This document shows positions 1-8,815 of a DNA stretch of 37,406 nt, one piece after another. The stretch is taken from the NCBI GenBank assembly GCA_000753945.1, contig JQOA01000002.1:1-37406 (forward strand), read 5' to 3'. Numbering within the stretch: position 1 is the first letter of the stretch; the number at the start of each line of letters is the position of its first letter. A program made the translations under genes and the position numbers. Origin of the DNA: Smithella sp. D17. Its GTDB lineage: Bacteria; Desulfobacterota; Syntrophia; Syntrophales; Smithellaceae. Below the pieces are notes generated by a model. That model had not been told where the DNA came from. It made no database searches and saw only the letters and a program-made list of their open reading frames with translations.

Positions 1-48
1 AGAAGAAAGAAGTTTAATTAACAAATAATAAAACTTAGGAGATGCCCA

Positions 49-1773
49 ATGGCAAAAGAAGTACAGTCTGATGAAGTTAATAAATTAATTTTACTGGGCG
101 AAGAAAAAGGTTTTCTAACTTACGATGATGTCAACGATACATTGCTGCCGGATGTAACATCTTCGGAGCAAATTGATGATATTATTATGCTTTTTGGAGA
201 AAAGAATATTGATATCATTGATACCGAGCAGGGCGAAAAGTTGACTGTGAAAAAACCGGTTAAAGATATAAGCATTGGCACCACTAATTTTAAAGAGATG
301 CTGGCTCTGGTTTCCACTGTAGACAAAACCGGCGACCCGGTAAAAATGTATCTGCGCGAGATGGGATCGGTTTCTCTGTTGAGTCGCGAAGGAGAAGTGG
401 AAATAGCCAAAAAAATCGAGGAAGGCGCGCGCGAAACAATGTCGGCAATTTTTCGTCTGTCCGTTTCGATTAATGAAGTGTTCAATATCGGAGATAAACT
501 GATAAGCGGTGAAATTAAGAGCAAACATGTTGTCGACAATATTGAAGATGAAGAAGGCTTCATGGAAGAGGATGAACATAAGGAAAGAATCCTGAAACTG
601 ATAGGCAGAATTAGGAAATTTAATGATGAAAATAATATTTTGCGCGCGAAGCTCAAGTCCAGTACTTTAAGTATTAAGAAGCGAGAATTATTAAAAGCCG
701 ACTTGGAGAAAAACACAAAAAACATTATCACTCTTTGCCGGAAGATTCGTTTCAGTAAAAAACAAATTCATCGGTTTATTGAACGCCTGCGGAATTCCGC
801 TGATGAAATTGAAGTGGCGGAAAAAGTTGCTGCGCCTTACAAAAAAGAAACAAAAACAACCGCAGCTAAGTCGAAAAAAGATAAAAGAGGTGTTGCCAAA
901 AAAGAAGTTATTCAGGTAAAACCGTCTAAAAAAAATGATGCGGCAGTCAGGGAAGCGCATAAAAAGATAAGGCAAATTGAAAAGGAAGTAGGTATATCAG
1001 CAACAGCTCTTAAAACGATTATTAAGACGATAGAAGAAGGTGAAAGAAAAGCGGAAATAGCTCAACGGACGCTTGTAGAAGCAAATTTACGGCTGGTTGT
1101 GAGTATCGCTAAAAAATACACTAATCGTGGATTGCAGTTTCTGGATTTGATTCAGGAAGGCAATATCGGTTTGATGAAGGCCGTGGATAAATTTGAGTAT
1201 CAGCGTGGTTATAAATTTTCTACTTATGCTACATGGTGGATCAGACAGGCGATCACACGGGCTATTGCTGATCAAGCGCGTACGATAAGAATTCCTGTTC
1301 ACATGATTGAGACAATCAACAAGCTTATTCGCACTTCCCGTTATCTGGTGCAGGAGTTAGGTCGAGAGCCTACCCCTGAAGAAATAGCCAATAAAATGGA
1401 ATATCCGCTGGAAAAAGTCAGGAAAGTATTAAAAATTGCCAAAGAACCGATTTCTTTGGAAACTCCTATCGGTGAAGAAGAAGACAGCCATTTAGGCGAT
1501 TTTATCGAAGATAAAAAAATTATATCTCCTTCGGAAGCAACGATCAATATAGATTTGGCGGAACAAACGCGGAAAATATTAAAAACACTGACTTCGCGTG
1601 AAGAGAAAGTTTTACGAATGCGTTTTGGTATTAGCGACCGTTTAAATTCTTTGATGGGAGAAGAAAGAGCGTCAACGGATTTAACAGAGACATTTACGGA
1701 AGTTACCGAAGTTATTGAAGCCCCTGTATTAAAAAAAGTAAAGGATAAATCGAAGAAACGTTCAGCAAAATAG
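49..1773 (+). CDS. rpoD: Primary-type sigma-70 factor (RpoD family) with non-canonical C-terminus
   Basis: 574-aa ORF with AGGAG 7 nt upstream of the ATG. It has an acidic region 1.1-like N-terminus and region 1.2 ([11 protein letters not shown]). Region 2 is canonical ([73 protein letters not shown]), as are regions 3 and 4.1 ([12 protein letters not shown]). The last ~45 aa lack the region 4.2 consensus. Confidence 0.9.
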   Translation: MAKEVQSDEVNKLILLGEEKGFLTYDDVNDTLLPDVTSSEQIDDIIMLFGEKNIDIIDTEQGEKLTVKKPVKDISIGTTNFKEMLALVSTVDKTGDPVKMYLREMGSVSLLSREGEVEIAKKIEEGARETMSAIFRLSVSINEVFNIGDKLISGEIKSKHVVDNIEDEEGFMEEDEHKERILKLIGRIRKFNDENNILRAKLKSSTLSIKKRELLKADLEKNTKNIITLCRKIRFSKKQIHRFIERLRNSADEIEVAEKVAAPYKKETKTTAAKSKKDKRGVAKKEVIQVKPSKKNDAAVREAHKKIRQIEKEVGISATALKTIIKTIEEGERKAEIAQRTLVEANLRLVVSIAKKYTNRGLQFLDLIQEGNIGLMKAVDKFEYQRGYKFSTYATWWIRQAITRAIADQARTIRIPVHMIETINKLIRTSRYLVQELGREPTPEEIANKMEYPLEKVRKVLKIAKEPISLETPIGEEEDSHLGDFIEDKKIISPSEATINIDLAEQTRKILKTLTSREEKVLRMRFGISDRLNSLMGEERASTDLTETFTEVTEVIEAPVLKKVKDKSKKRSAK

Positions 1774-1783
1774 TAAAATAATA

Positions 1784-1810
1784 TTGACAATCTGTCTATT
1801 TGAATATATC
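1784..1810 (+). promoter_or_regulatory. Possible sigma-70 promoter for the tRNA gene
   Basis: TTGACA at 1784-1789, a 15-nt spacer, then TATATC at 1805-1810 preceded by TG at 1801-1802. It lies ~34 nt upstream of the tRNA 5' end. Confidence 0.3.
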
Positions 1811-1843
1811 AAGTCTTATTTGACGTATAACAAAGAAAATGGG

Positions 1844-1919
1844 GGGCCTATAGCTCAACTGGTAGAGCCACCGGCTCATAACCGGTAGGTCCCTGGTTCG
1901 ACTCCAGGTGGGCCCACCA
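1844..1919 (+). tRNA. tRNA with CAT anticodon, elongator type (Met, or Ile2 if lysidinylated), encoded CCA
   Basis: Hand-folded cloverleaf. Acceptor GGGCCTA/TGGGCCC, D arm GCTC-AACTGGTA-GAGC, anticodon arm ACCGG-CTCATAA-CCGGT, variable AGGTC, T arm CCTGG-TTCGACT-CCAGG, discriminator A plus CCA. The G1-C72 pair argues against an initiator tRNA. Confidence 0.9.
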
Positions 1920-1940
1920 GATAAAACTAGAAGGAAAGCA

Positions 1941-2072
1941 ATGACGACCATAGGGCAAATCATTTTTCGTAAAGGCAAAGGAGGTTTAACAACATTTGTA
2001 ACTGCCGTGATGGGACGAACAGTGTCATCATTACACGGTACAGATGATAAACCTATAAAGATTTATCCTTAA
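1941..2072 (+). CDS. Candidate 43-aa small protein (MTTIGQIIFRKGKGGLTTFVTAVMGRTVSSLHGTDDKPIKIYP)
   Basis: ATG preceded by AAGGAAAG. The stop codon sits directly in front of an intrinsic terminator. It is below the ORF-track length cutoff and I recognise no homology. Confidence 0.3.
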   Translation: MTTIGQIIFRKGKGGLTTFVTAVMGRTVSSLHGTDDKPIKIYP

Positions 2073-2105
2073 AAAAAATGCACCCCTGGAAGGTGCATTT
2101 TTTTT
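2071..2105 (+). terminator. Rho-independent (bidirectional-looking) terminator
   Basis: A-run, stem ATGCACC (2078-2084), 7-nt loop, stem GGTGCAT (2092-2098), then a T-run of about 8. Confidence 0.7.
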
Positions 2106-2138
2106 ATCCAAAATTACAATAGATGAAGGAGAAAGTTA

Positions 2139-2858
2139 TTGAAAGAGAATTTATTATTATTAATAAAACTTCAGGAATGTGATTCACAGTTAGTCAATTT
2201 ATCCTCCAAGAAAAAAAAACTACCGGAAGATACAGATAAGCTGGATAAAGAATTCAACTCTTTTAAAGAAGGAATCGAGAAAAACAAAACAAAGTATGAT
2301 GAACTTAAATCCCGCCATACGGAAAGTGAAAACAAGATTAAAAGACTCAATGAGGGCATTGTAAAAACAAAAGAAAGGTTGCTGGAGGTCAAGAACAATA
2401 AAGAATACCAGGCTATGCTCAAGGAAATAGACATTGCCGAATCATCGCGCGGTAACATTGAAACGGAAATAATCTCGATATTGGAAGAGTTGGATAAACT
2501 TTCTGTTTTAGTAAAAAAAGATGAGGAAATATTCAAACAGAGCAAAAACAAATACGAACAGGAAAAGAAAACAATGGAGAACGATTTAAATACAATAGAT
2601 GCCGATATTTTGGATTGGGAAAAGAAGCGTATTGATTTGAGAAAGAATGTTGCTGAAGATCTCCTGGCTAAGTATGAAAAAATAAAAAAAAGAAATCAGG
2701 GCATCGGTGTAATTTCCGTTTGGAAATCGGTATGCAACGGATGCCATATGAATATTCCGCCGCAGCTTTACAATGAATTGCAAAGATCGGAAGAGTTGCT
2801 TAGTTGTCCCAATTGTGACCGGATTATGTATTTTCAGGATATGGAGAAACCGGCTTAA
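2139..2858 (+). CDS. Coiled-coil / C4 zinc-ribbon protein (COG1579, zf-RING_7/DUF164-like)
   Basis: TTG start, long K/E-rich coiled-coil region, C-terminal CNGCHMNIPPQ...CPNCDRIMY zinc ribbon. It is followed by an RNase H gene, which is the usual partner. Confidence 0.8.
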   Translation: MKENLLLLIKLQECDSQLVNLSSKKKKLPEDTDKLDKEFNSFKEGIEKNKTKYDELKSRHTESENKIKRLNEGIVKTKERLLEVKNNKEYQAMLKEIDIAESSRGNIETEIISILEELDKLSVLVKKDEEIFKQSKNKYEQEKKTMENDLNTIDADILDWEKKRIDLRKNVAEDLLAKYEKIKKRNQGIGVISVWKSVCNGCHMNIPPQLYNELQRSEELLSCPNCDRIMYFQDMEKPA

Positions 2859-2863
2859 TTCCT

Positions 2864-3271
2864 ATGGTGGAGAGAAATTATAAATTATTCAGTGACGGCG
2901 CTTGCCGTGGCAATCCCGGTGTTGGTGGCGCTGGTGCTGTCATAACGGATGATCGGGAAAATGTTGTTTGGGAAGGCAAGAAATATTTGGGACACTGCAC
3001 CAATAACATCGCTGAATACAGAGCGCTCATTATGGGGCTGAATGGCGCGCTTGATAATGGTTATAAGAATCTGGAAGTCTATCTCGATTCAGAACTTCTG
3101 GCCAGGCAAATCAACGGTTCCTACCGTGTTAAAAATGAAAACCTGAAAATTCTAATGAAAGATATACGAGGCTTACTGTCTTCTTTTGATTCAGTTGCGG
3201 TTAGACACGTTCCCCGGCTTCACAACAGTCATGCCGATAGGTTAGCCAATCTGGCGATTGATGAAAATTAA
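2864..3271 (+). CDS. Ribonuclease HI family protein
   Basis: 135 aa carrying the DEDD catalytic signature: DGACRGNPG, AEYRAL, DSELL and HNSHADRLAN. Confidence 0.85.
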   Translation: MVERNYKLFSDGACRGNPGVGGAGAVITDDRENVVWEGKKYLGHCTNNIAEYRALIMGLNGALDNGYKNLEVYLDSELLARQINGSYRVKNENLKILMKDIRGLLSSFDSVAVRHVPRLHNSHADRLANLAIDEN

Positions 3272-3272
3272 A

Positions 3273-3393
3273 GGGGCTGTTGAAAAACGCTCATCTGCTA
3301 CGTTGCGCTGCGAACCGTACCATTCAACATATGTACAGTACGCCTCGTGGTTCTGTTTTTGCGCGCCTTGCATCTGAGCATTTTTGAACAGCC
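3273..3393. repeat. ~120-nt imperfect-palindromic intergenic repeat, copy A
   Basis: Aligns by eye at roughly 85-90 % identity with 7541-7663. The terminal arms CTGTTGAAAAACGCTCATCTGC and GCATCTGAGCATTTTTGAACAG are imperfect inverted repeats. It starts 2 nt after the RNase H stop codon. Confidence 0.8.
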
Positions 3394-3609
3394 TCCAAAC
3401 AATAAACTCCTCAAATGGAAATGTGCTAGGACTGTTCCATTTCCGTTATAAGCCACTTTTTTGCAGGATTTGCATTTGATGATGGCTATGTATTTATATA
3501 TACCAGGATAGGCAAAATTAGAAAAACAATCTTTCGGGAAGAAAGAAATTGTATTGAAACGCGCTGGAAGATAAATCTGTTTGGGACTATGTCACCTGCC
3601 GATGAATAT

Positions 3610-4764
3610 TTATGAGGTTTTGCTTTTTAGGTTCTGTTTGGTCACGGCCAGATTATCGCGGTGGATTACTTCGTCATAATCTTTATGGCCCAGAACCTGG
3701 TTGATCTGAGATGTTTTCAGTCCCTTGATTTTGTTAATTTCAGCGGAACTGAAATTAACTAATCCTTTGGCTAGAATTGCGCCTTTGCGATCAACACAGA
3801 CGACCGGATCGCCCAAATCAAAATCTCCTTCCACGTCAATGATGCCTGAAGGAAGCAGGCTCTTGCCTTTTTCCAGCAATGCTTTTTTTGCTCCATCGTC
3901 AATTATAAGTTTGCCTCGGGGGCGCAGGGTGAAAGCGATCCAGTATTTCTTAGAGTTCAGGCGATGTGACATGGGCAAAAACAGCGTGCCTATTTCTTTG
4001 CCCTCCATGATATCAATTAAAACTTTTTTCTTTTTCCCCGGAGCTATAATGCAGGGAATGCCGATAGCCGTAACTTTCTTGGCAGCCTGAAATTTGCTTT
4101 TCATTCCTCCTGTGCCCGCGGATGATGTTTCATCCGTAGCGGCGGCCTCCATTTCTTCGGAACATTCACTGACAACTCGTATAAGTTTAGCTTTTTTAGA
4201 TACCATCGGATTGCAATCATAAAGTCCGTCAGTGCTGGTCAGGTTAATAAAAAGATCGGCTTCAATTATGTTGGCGATCATTGCGGCAAGATTGTCGTTA
4301 TCTCCGAATTTTATTTCATCAACAGCGACGGTATCGTTTTCATTGATAATAGGAATGGTTCCCCATTCCATCAGCGTCGAAAGAGTATTGCGGATATTCA
4401 AATATCTCTGGCGATCGGTAACATCGGAAAACGTCAAAAGTATTTGAGCGACATAAAGTCCGTTTTTTTCGAAAGATTTGGAATAGACGCGCATTAATCT
4501 TCCCTGACCGATAGCGGCTGCGGCCTGTTTTTGGGGAATGCTTTTAAGGCTTTCAGTAATATTCATGCGATGTTTGCCTGAAACAATCGCACCGGAAGTT
4601 ACCAATACTACGGAATATCCTTTTTGCACCAAACTGGACATATCCGACACCAGGGAATCAATGATTTTCAGATCCAGGCCGTCACTACCGGTCAAGACCG
4701 CAGAACCGACCTTGATAAGAATTGTTTTGGCATTGGCGAGGACATCCTGGCGAATATTTTTCAT
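3610..4764 (-). CDS. proB: Glutamate 5-kinase with PUA domain
   Basis: 384 aa with an amino-acid kinase fold (IKVGSAVLT, NENDTVAVDEI) and a C-terminal PUA-like region. It lies downstream of obg. Confidence 0.93.
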   Translation of the reverse strand: MKNIRQDVLANAKTILIKVGSAVLTGSDGLDLKIIDSLVSDMSSLVQKGYSVVLVTSGAIVSGKHRMNITESLKSIPQKQAAAAIGQGRLMRVYSKSFEKNGLYVAQILLTFSDVTDRQRYLNIRNTLSTLMEWGTIPIINENDTVAVDEIKFGDNDNLAAMIANIIEADLFINLTSTDGLYDCNPMVSKKAKLIRVVSECSEEMEAAATDETSSAGTGGMKSKFQAAKKVTAIGIPCIIAPGKKKKVLIDIMEGKEIGTLFLPMSHRLNSKKYWIAFTLRPRGKLIIDDGAKKALLEKGKSLLPSGIIDVEGDFDLGDPVVCVDRKGAILAKGLVNFSSAEINKIKGLKTSQINQVLGHKDYDEVIHRDNLAVTKQNLKSKTS

Positions 4765-4783
4765 GACTTTATTTGCGTCCGGT

Positions 4784-5779
4784 TTAACTTAATATTTTAA
4801 TTATCCTGTTGAGAATTTCTTTTATTCCTTCTCCGGTAACAGCGGAAAAAGGATGTAATATTATGCCTTTTTTTTTGAATAGAGCAACTTCTTTTTTGGC
4901 ATTTTCTTTCACATAAGGAAGGTCGATTTTATTAAGAACCACAATTTGCGGCTTTTCCATCAATTCGGGATTATAATGCTGTAGTTCCTCGTTGATTGCG
5001 CTATAATTAGACCAGGCGTTAATATTGGGCTCCGTGGAAATATCAATAATGTGAAGCAGCAGGGATGTTCTTTCTATATGTTTTAAAAATTTGATGCCCA
5101 TGCCCAGGCCGTCATGCGCGCCGGAGATGAGGCCCGGTATATCGGCAATGACAAAACTTTTACTGTCTGAATATTTTACAACTCCCAGGTGCGGTGTAAT
5201 AGTGGTGAAAGGGTAATCGGCTATTTTGGGTTTCGCTGCCGACACGCGGGAAATAAAAGTTGACTTTCCGGCGTTGGGAAACCCGATAATGCCTACATCG
5301 GCCAGCAATTTCAATTCCAGTTTGAGCGTAAACTCCTCACCCTCCATTCCCTCTTGAGCGAAGCGGGGTGTCTGATGTGTGGATGTTGTAAAGTGAGCGT
5401 TTCCTTTGCCGCCAATGCCGCCGTGGGCAACGATAAAAGTTTGTTCCGGTTGAGATAAATCGGCGAACACTTCCCCTGTTTCAAAATTTTTTACGATTGT
5501 TCCCACCGGTACGGCAACTACAAGATCTTCAGCGCTTTTACCGGTGCGATGGTTGCCTGAGCCGTGACCGCCATTTTTAGCAAATTGATGCTGTTGATAT
5601 TTTAAATCCAGCAGGGTGTGATGGCTTTCCGTCGCGCGGAAAATAACATCGCCGCCTTTCCCGCCGTCGCCGCCGTCGGGTCCGCCTTTCGGCACGAATT
5701 TTTCACGCCGGAAACTCACACAACCTTTTCCGCCGTGACCGGCCTTGACATAAATTTTTGCTTCATCAACAAATTTCAT
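4784..5779 (-). CDS. obg: GTPase Obg/CgtA
   Basis: MKFVDEAKIYVKAGHGGKGCVSFRREKF...GGDGGKGG Obg fold. G motifs GFPNAGKST, DIPGLI and NKID are present. Confidence 0.95.
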   Translation of the reverse strand: MKFVDEAKIYVKAGHGGKGCVSFRREKFVPKGGPDGGDGGKGGDVIFRATESHHTLLDLKYQQHQFAKNGGHGSGNHRTGKSAEDLVVAVPVGTIVKNFETGEVFADLSQPEQTFIVAHGGIGGKGNAHFTTSTHQTPRFAQEGMEGEEFTLKLELKLLADVGIIGFPNAGKSTFISRVSAAKPKIADYPFTTITPHLGVVKYSDSKSFVIADIPGLISGAHDGLGMGIKFLKHIERTSLLLHIIDISTEPNINAWSNYSAINEELQHYNPELMEKPQIVVLNKIDLPYVKENAKKEVALFKKKGIILHPFSAVTGEGIKEILNRIIKILS

Positions 5780-5916
5780 AAATAGTGCCCGGATAGATTT
5801 ATTAGTTAAAATAAATGTCTTTATATTTCGACATCATCATCCCGCGTCGCTTTGCTCCTGGGATAGTTCGACCAACGCTTTGAGCTTCACTTCGTTCGCT
5901 GTCAGCGGGTCTCACT

Positions 5917-5950
5917 AAAATAAAAAGGCGCTTGTTGAACAGCGCCTTTT
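5917..5950 (-). terminator. Intrinsic terminator/attenuator between rpmA and obg
   Basis: Stem AGGCGCT (5926-5932) pairs with AGCGCCT (5941-5947) around an 8-nt loop. On the minus strand a TTTTTATTTT run follows. Confidence 0.6.
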
Positions 5951-5975
5951 AAATTTAAATATGCAGCTATCATTT

Positions 5976-6230
5976 TTATGATGCGTAAACGCTCACTTTT
6001 TTTCTCGTTTTATCAAGCCTTTCATATTTTACCACGCCGTCAATCAGCGAAAAAATAGTAAAATCCTTACCCAATCCCACATTATTGCCCGGGTGAATTT
6101 TTGTTCCTACCTGTCGCACAATGATAGAGCCCGCGTTGATTTTCTGGCCGGCAAACACTTTTATGCCCCGTCTTTGAGAATTACTGTCTCTACCATTGCG
6201 GGAGCTTCCTTGACCTTTTTTATGTGCCAT
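5976..6230 (-). CDS. rpmA: 50S ribosomal protein L27
   Basis: [29 protein letters not shown]... is a canonical L27 N-terminus. Confidence 0.97.
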   Translation of the reverse strand: MAHKKGQGSSRNGRDSNSQRRGIKVFAGQKINAGSIIVRQVGTKIHPGNNVGLGKDFTIFSLIDGVVKYERLDKTRKKVSVYAS

Positions 6231-6242
6231 GACTTCCTCCGC

Positions 6243-6554
6243 TTATATTGAAATCTTTGTTATTTTCATATTGGTTAAATTTTGGCGATGTCCGGTCTTC
6301 TTATGAAAACCTTTGCGTCGTATCATATGGTAAACTATAAGTTTCGGACCTTTCTTTTGAGATATAATCTTGCCGACAACCTTGGCACCCTCTACAAAAG
6401 GCTTGCCAATCTTTACATCTTTATCGTCGGAGACCATCAGGACTTCATTAAAAACAACTTCATCTCCCTTTTCACCCATAAGTTTTTCCACAGATAAAAC
6501 ATCACCTTCAGTTACCTTGTGCTGTTTCCCACCTGTTTTTATTACTGCATACAT
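6243..6554 (-). CDS. rplU: 50S ribosomal protein L21
   Basis: [14 protein letters not shown] start, with GAAGGG about 7 nt upstream. The longer track ORF (to 6623) would run through the predicted promoter. Confidence 0.95.
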   Translation of the reverse strand: MYAVIKTGGKQHKVTEGDVLSVEKLMGEKGDEVVFNEVLMVSDDKDVKIGKPFVEGAKVVGKIISQKKGPKLIVYHMIRRKGFHKKTGHRQNLTNMKITKISI

Positions 6555-6594
6555 AAGCATACCCTTCTTACTTGAATTGAAATTGAACCTGTAG

Positions 6595-6623
6595 CTTATA
6601 GATAAAATGGATCTTTTTGTCAA
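6595..6623 (-). promoter_or_regulatory. Near-consensus sigma-70 promoter for rplU-rpmA
   Basis: On the minus strand: TTGACA (6623-6618), a 17-nt spacer, then TATAAG (6600-6595). It lies about 40 nt upstream of the rplU ATG. Confidence 0.5.
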
Positions 6624-6787
6624 TAGAATTTAAGTATTAATGAAAAATATTTTATTCCGGGTTCGATTTATAGCTAAGTAGCTGAATTTATACCACAAAA
6701 TAAAGGTTGATAAACTTTAATATTTAATTAAACTTGCTAAGTTGGAATTAAAAAGAGGATAATATATAATTTCACTATATAATCAAC

Positions 6788-7477
6788 ATGCCAAAGCTCA
6801 AAACGCATGGTTTTACGCATTATACTGGGGCAGTTAAGAATTTATTCGGAGTGATGCCCGGATTAAGTAAAGCGAGGATGCACATGAGAGCGCCGTCTCA
6901 GATGGAATTTGCCGAGTTTTTGCTTGATTTGTACGGCGGATTGCTAAACGGTTTCGAAAAGCCGAAAAAATTTATTCATGTCATGGATGCCGTTGTCGGT
7001 ATGGAAGGTGAGGGGCCTGGCCCTTCAGGAAAGCCGAAAAATATAGGAGCCGTTATAGTAGGGGACGATGCCGTGGCCTTGGACTATGTTGCAGTCAACC
7101 TGGTGGGCCTCAAAATTAAAAAAGTCTTTACTCTTACGGAGGGATTCCGGCGCGGATATGGAGTTAAATCGCCTGATGACATACAGATGAGGGGCGAATC
7201 TCTGGAAGACATGCGAATAAATGATTTTTTGCCGCCGAAGAGCGTTGTGAGAGGAGGCATTATATGGCCATTGACATCACCGACGATCAAAAATCTTTTT
7301 GTAGAAAAACCTGTGCCGAGAGTTGAAATTTGCACGCTCTGCTACAATTGCCTGAAAGTGTGTCCCGCTGAAGCTATTGCTAAAGCAGATGACGCCAAAG
7401 TACCCCGGTATAATTACCAAAAATGTATCCGTTGTTTTTGTTGCATGGAAACGTGTCCGGAGGCTGCCATTAACTAA
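6788..7477 (+). CDS. DUF362-family protein fragment with C-terminal 2x[4Fe-4S] ferredoxin domain, apparently lacking the N-terminal half
   Basis: The ORF begins at MPKLKTHGFTHYTGAVKNLFGVMPG, which corresponds to the middle of DUF362 proteins. Two CxxCxxCxxxCP motifs close the protein (CTLCYNCLKVCP, CIRCFCCMETCP). The upstream 160 nt are AT-rich and non-coding. Confidence 0.6.
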   Translation: MPKLKTHGFTHYTGAVKNLFGVMPGLSKARMHMRAPSQMEFAEFLLDLYGGLLNGFEKPKKFIHVMDAVVGMEGEGPGPSGKPKNIGAVIVGDDAVALDYVAVNLVGLKIKKVFTLTEGFRRGYGVKSPDDIQMRGESLEDMRINDFLPPKSVVRGGIIWPLTSPTIKNLFVEKPVPRVEICTLCYNCLKVCPAEAIAKADDAKVPRYNYQKCIRCFCCMETCPEAAIN

Positions 7478-7540
7478 CTTGAAAAAGGGTGTTTTACAGT
7501 GGTTGATGCGAACATGAACCGACAGAAACTGGGAGATCGT

Positions 7541-7663
7541 GGGGCTGTTGAAAAAAGCTCATCTGCTGTGTTGCGCTGCAAACCGCACCGCTCAACGTAT
7601 ATTCATATACGCCTCGCGGTTCGGCTTTTTGCGCGCCTTGCATCTGAACATTTTTGAACAGTC
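7541..7663. repeat. ~120-nt imperfect-palindromic intergenic repeat, copy B
   Basis: Same element as 3273-3393, in the same orientation, 63 nt downstream of the DUF362 stop codon. Confidence 0.8.
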
Positions 7664-7708
7664 CCATAGTACCTATGAACTAAAGTTATAGTGTAAATTA
7701 TACGGAGG

Positions 7709-8551
7709 TTGATGATGAACGCTAATGCTCCAGTAGTGCTTATCAGTGGATGTTCAACGGGAATAGGTCGCGCGCTGGCGGTAGAATTTGCCGCGCGTAA
7801 CTGGCGGGTATTTGCCACCGCCCGAAGACCGGAAGTTATCAATGATCTGAAAGCCCCGAACGTGGATGTATCCGTCCTGGATGTAACTGATGAAACGTCT
7901 ATAAAGGCTTGTGTAGATTATGTCATCGCTAAAGCCGGCCGGATTGACATGCTGGTCAACAACGCGGGGCTTCTTCTTATTGGACCTCTGGTTGAACTGG
8001 AAATCAGCGAATTGCGGCGTCAGTTTGAAACTAACGTGATAGGACTCAACGCGCTAACCCGTGCAGCCGTCCCTCACATGATTAAGAGAAAATCGGGCAA
8101 AATAGTGAACATCAGCAGTGTTTCGGGAGTACTGCCGACGCCGTTTGCCGGAGCATATTGTTCCACGAAAGCGGCCTTGACCGCGTTGTCCGATTCTTTG
8201 CGCATGGAACTGGCTCCCCTTGGTATAAAAGTTATAACGGTACAACCGGGCGGCATCAAATCAAATTTATCAATTAACGCAGACAAAGAACTCGAACGTT
8301 TCAAAAAAACTCCTTACGGTCCGATACAAAATTTCATTGTCGCGCGGGCAAATGCTTCACAGGAAAATGCAACCCCAGCGGAAACTTTTGCTAAAGAACT
8401 CGTCGATAAGCTTGTGCTGGGAAAAACGCCAAAGTTCATCCGTCTGGGAAAAGATTCGACGCTGCTCCCTCTTATTGCCAGGTTTCCCCGAGCGTTCACC
8501 GACGCGTTGCTCAGTAAAAAGTTCGGACTTGATAAGCTTGGCACAGACTAA
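7709..8551 (+). CDS. Short-chain dehydrogenase/reductase (classical SDR)
   Basis: SGCSTGIGRA (TGxxxGxG), NNAG and YCSTK (YxxxK) motifs. Hand-counted GC is about 52-55 %, against about 40 % in neighbouring genes. Confidence 0.9.
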   Translation: MMMNANAPVVLISGCSTGIGRALAVEFAARNWRVFATARRPEVINDLKAPNVDVSVLDVTDETSIKACVDYVIAKAGRIDMLVNNAGLLLIGPLVELEISELRRQFETNVIGLNALTRAAVPHMIKRKSGKIVNISSVSGVLPTPFAGAYCSTKAALTALSDSLRMELAPLGIKVITVQPGGIKSNLSINADKELERFKKTPYGPIQNFIVARANASQENATPAETFAKELVDKLVLGKTPKFIRLGKDSTLLPLIARFPRAFTDALLSKKFGLDKLGTD

Positions 8552-8594
8552 AATTAAGATTATGGCGATAATCAATATAAAATCCATAATTTCC

Positions 8595-8623
8595 TTGACA
8601 TAAAAAATCATGCTACTTATAGT
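8595..8623 (+). promoter_or_regulatory. Near-consensus sigma-70 promoter
   Basis: TTGACA (8595-8600), a 17-nt spacer, then TATAGT (8618-8623). It faces the downstream cluster. Confidence 0.35.
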
Positions 8624-8677
8624 TTTGCCATCCAAAATTGATTTATCATTAAAAATAAAATGCGGCAGTAAAACAAA

Positions 8678-8776
8678 ATGAAATACGGAATTATTGCTAA
8701 TCCTGTTTCCGGCAAATGTTCTCTGGATGATAAACGCAAAATTTTGAATGAAGTAGCCGGTATTCTCGCAAAGTGA
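8678..8776 (+). pseudogene. 32-codon N-terminal fragment resembling DAG/lipid kinase (YegS/BmrU/DagK) family
   Basis: MKYGIIANPVSGKCSLDDKRKILNEVAGILAK then a stop. It matches the family N-terminus (iiiNPxSG). No continuation exists in any frame. Confidence 0.35.
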
Positions 8777-8815
8777 TAACAACAATTGGTAAATTAACAG
8801 CATGGGGTATTTTTT

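Noticed and set aside
115-1790. Several 70-200-aa minus-strand ORFs inside rpoD (for example 120-731 and 1341-1790).
   Set aside because: They are antisense shadows of a strongly supported gene, with low-complexity S/F/I-rich translations and no start context.
1844-1919. Initiator tRNA-fMet assignment for the CAT-anticodon tRNA.
   Set aside because: Positions 1-72 form a G-C pair, and the anticodon stem lacks the three consecutive G-C pairs typical of bacterial initiators.
3394-3609. Looked for an RNase P RNA (rnpB), which follows the Zn-ribbon/RNase H pair in some phyla.
   Set aside because: No GAGGAAAGTCC or ACAGAA..GGCTTA P4-type motifs are present. The ~215 nt remaining after the repeat are too short for rnpB.
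6555-6623. 23-codon N-terminal extension of L21 given by the ORF track.
   Set aside because: The conserved L21 N-terminus [11 protein letters not shown] starts at 6554 with an SD. The extension overlaps the predicted TTGACA-N17-TATAAG promoter.
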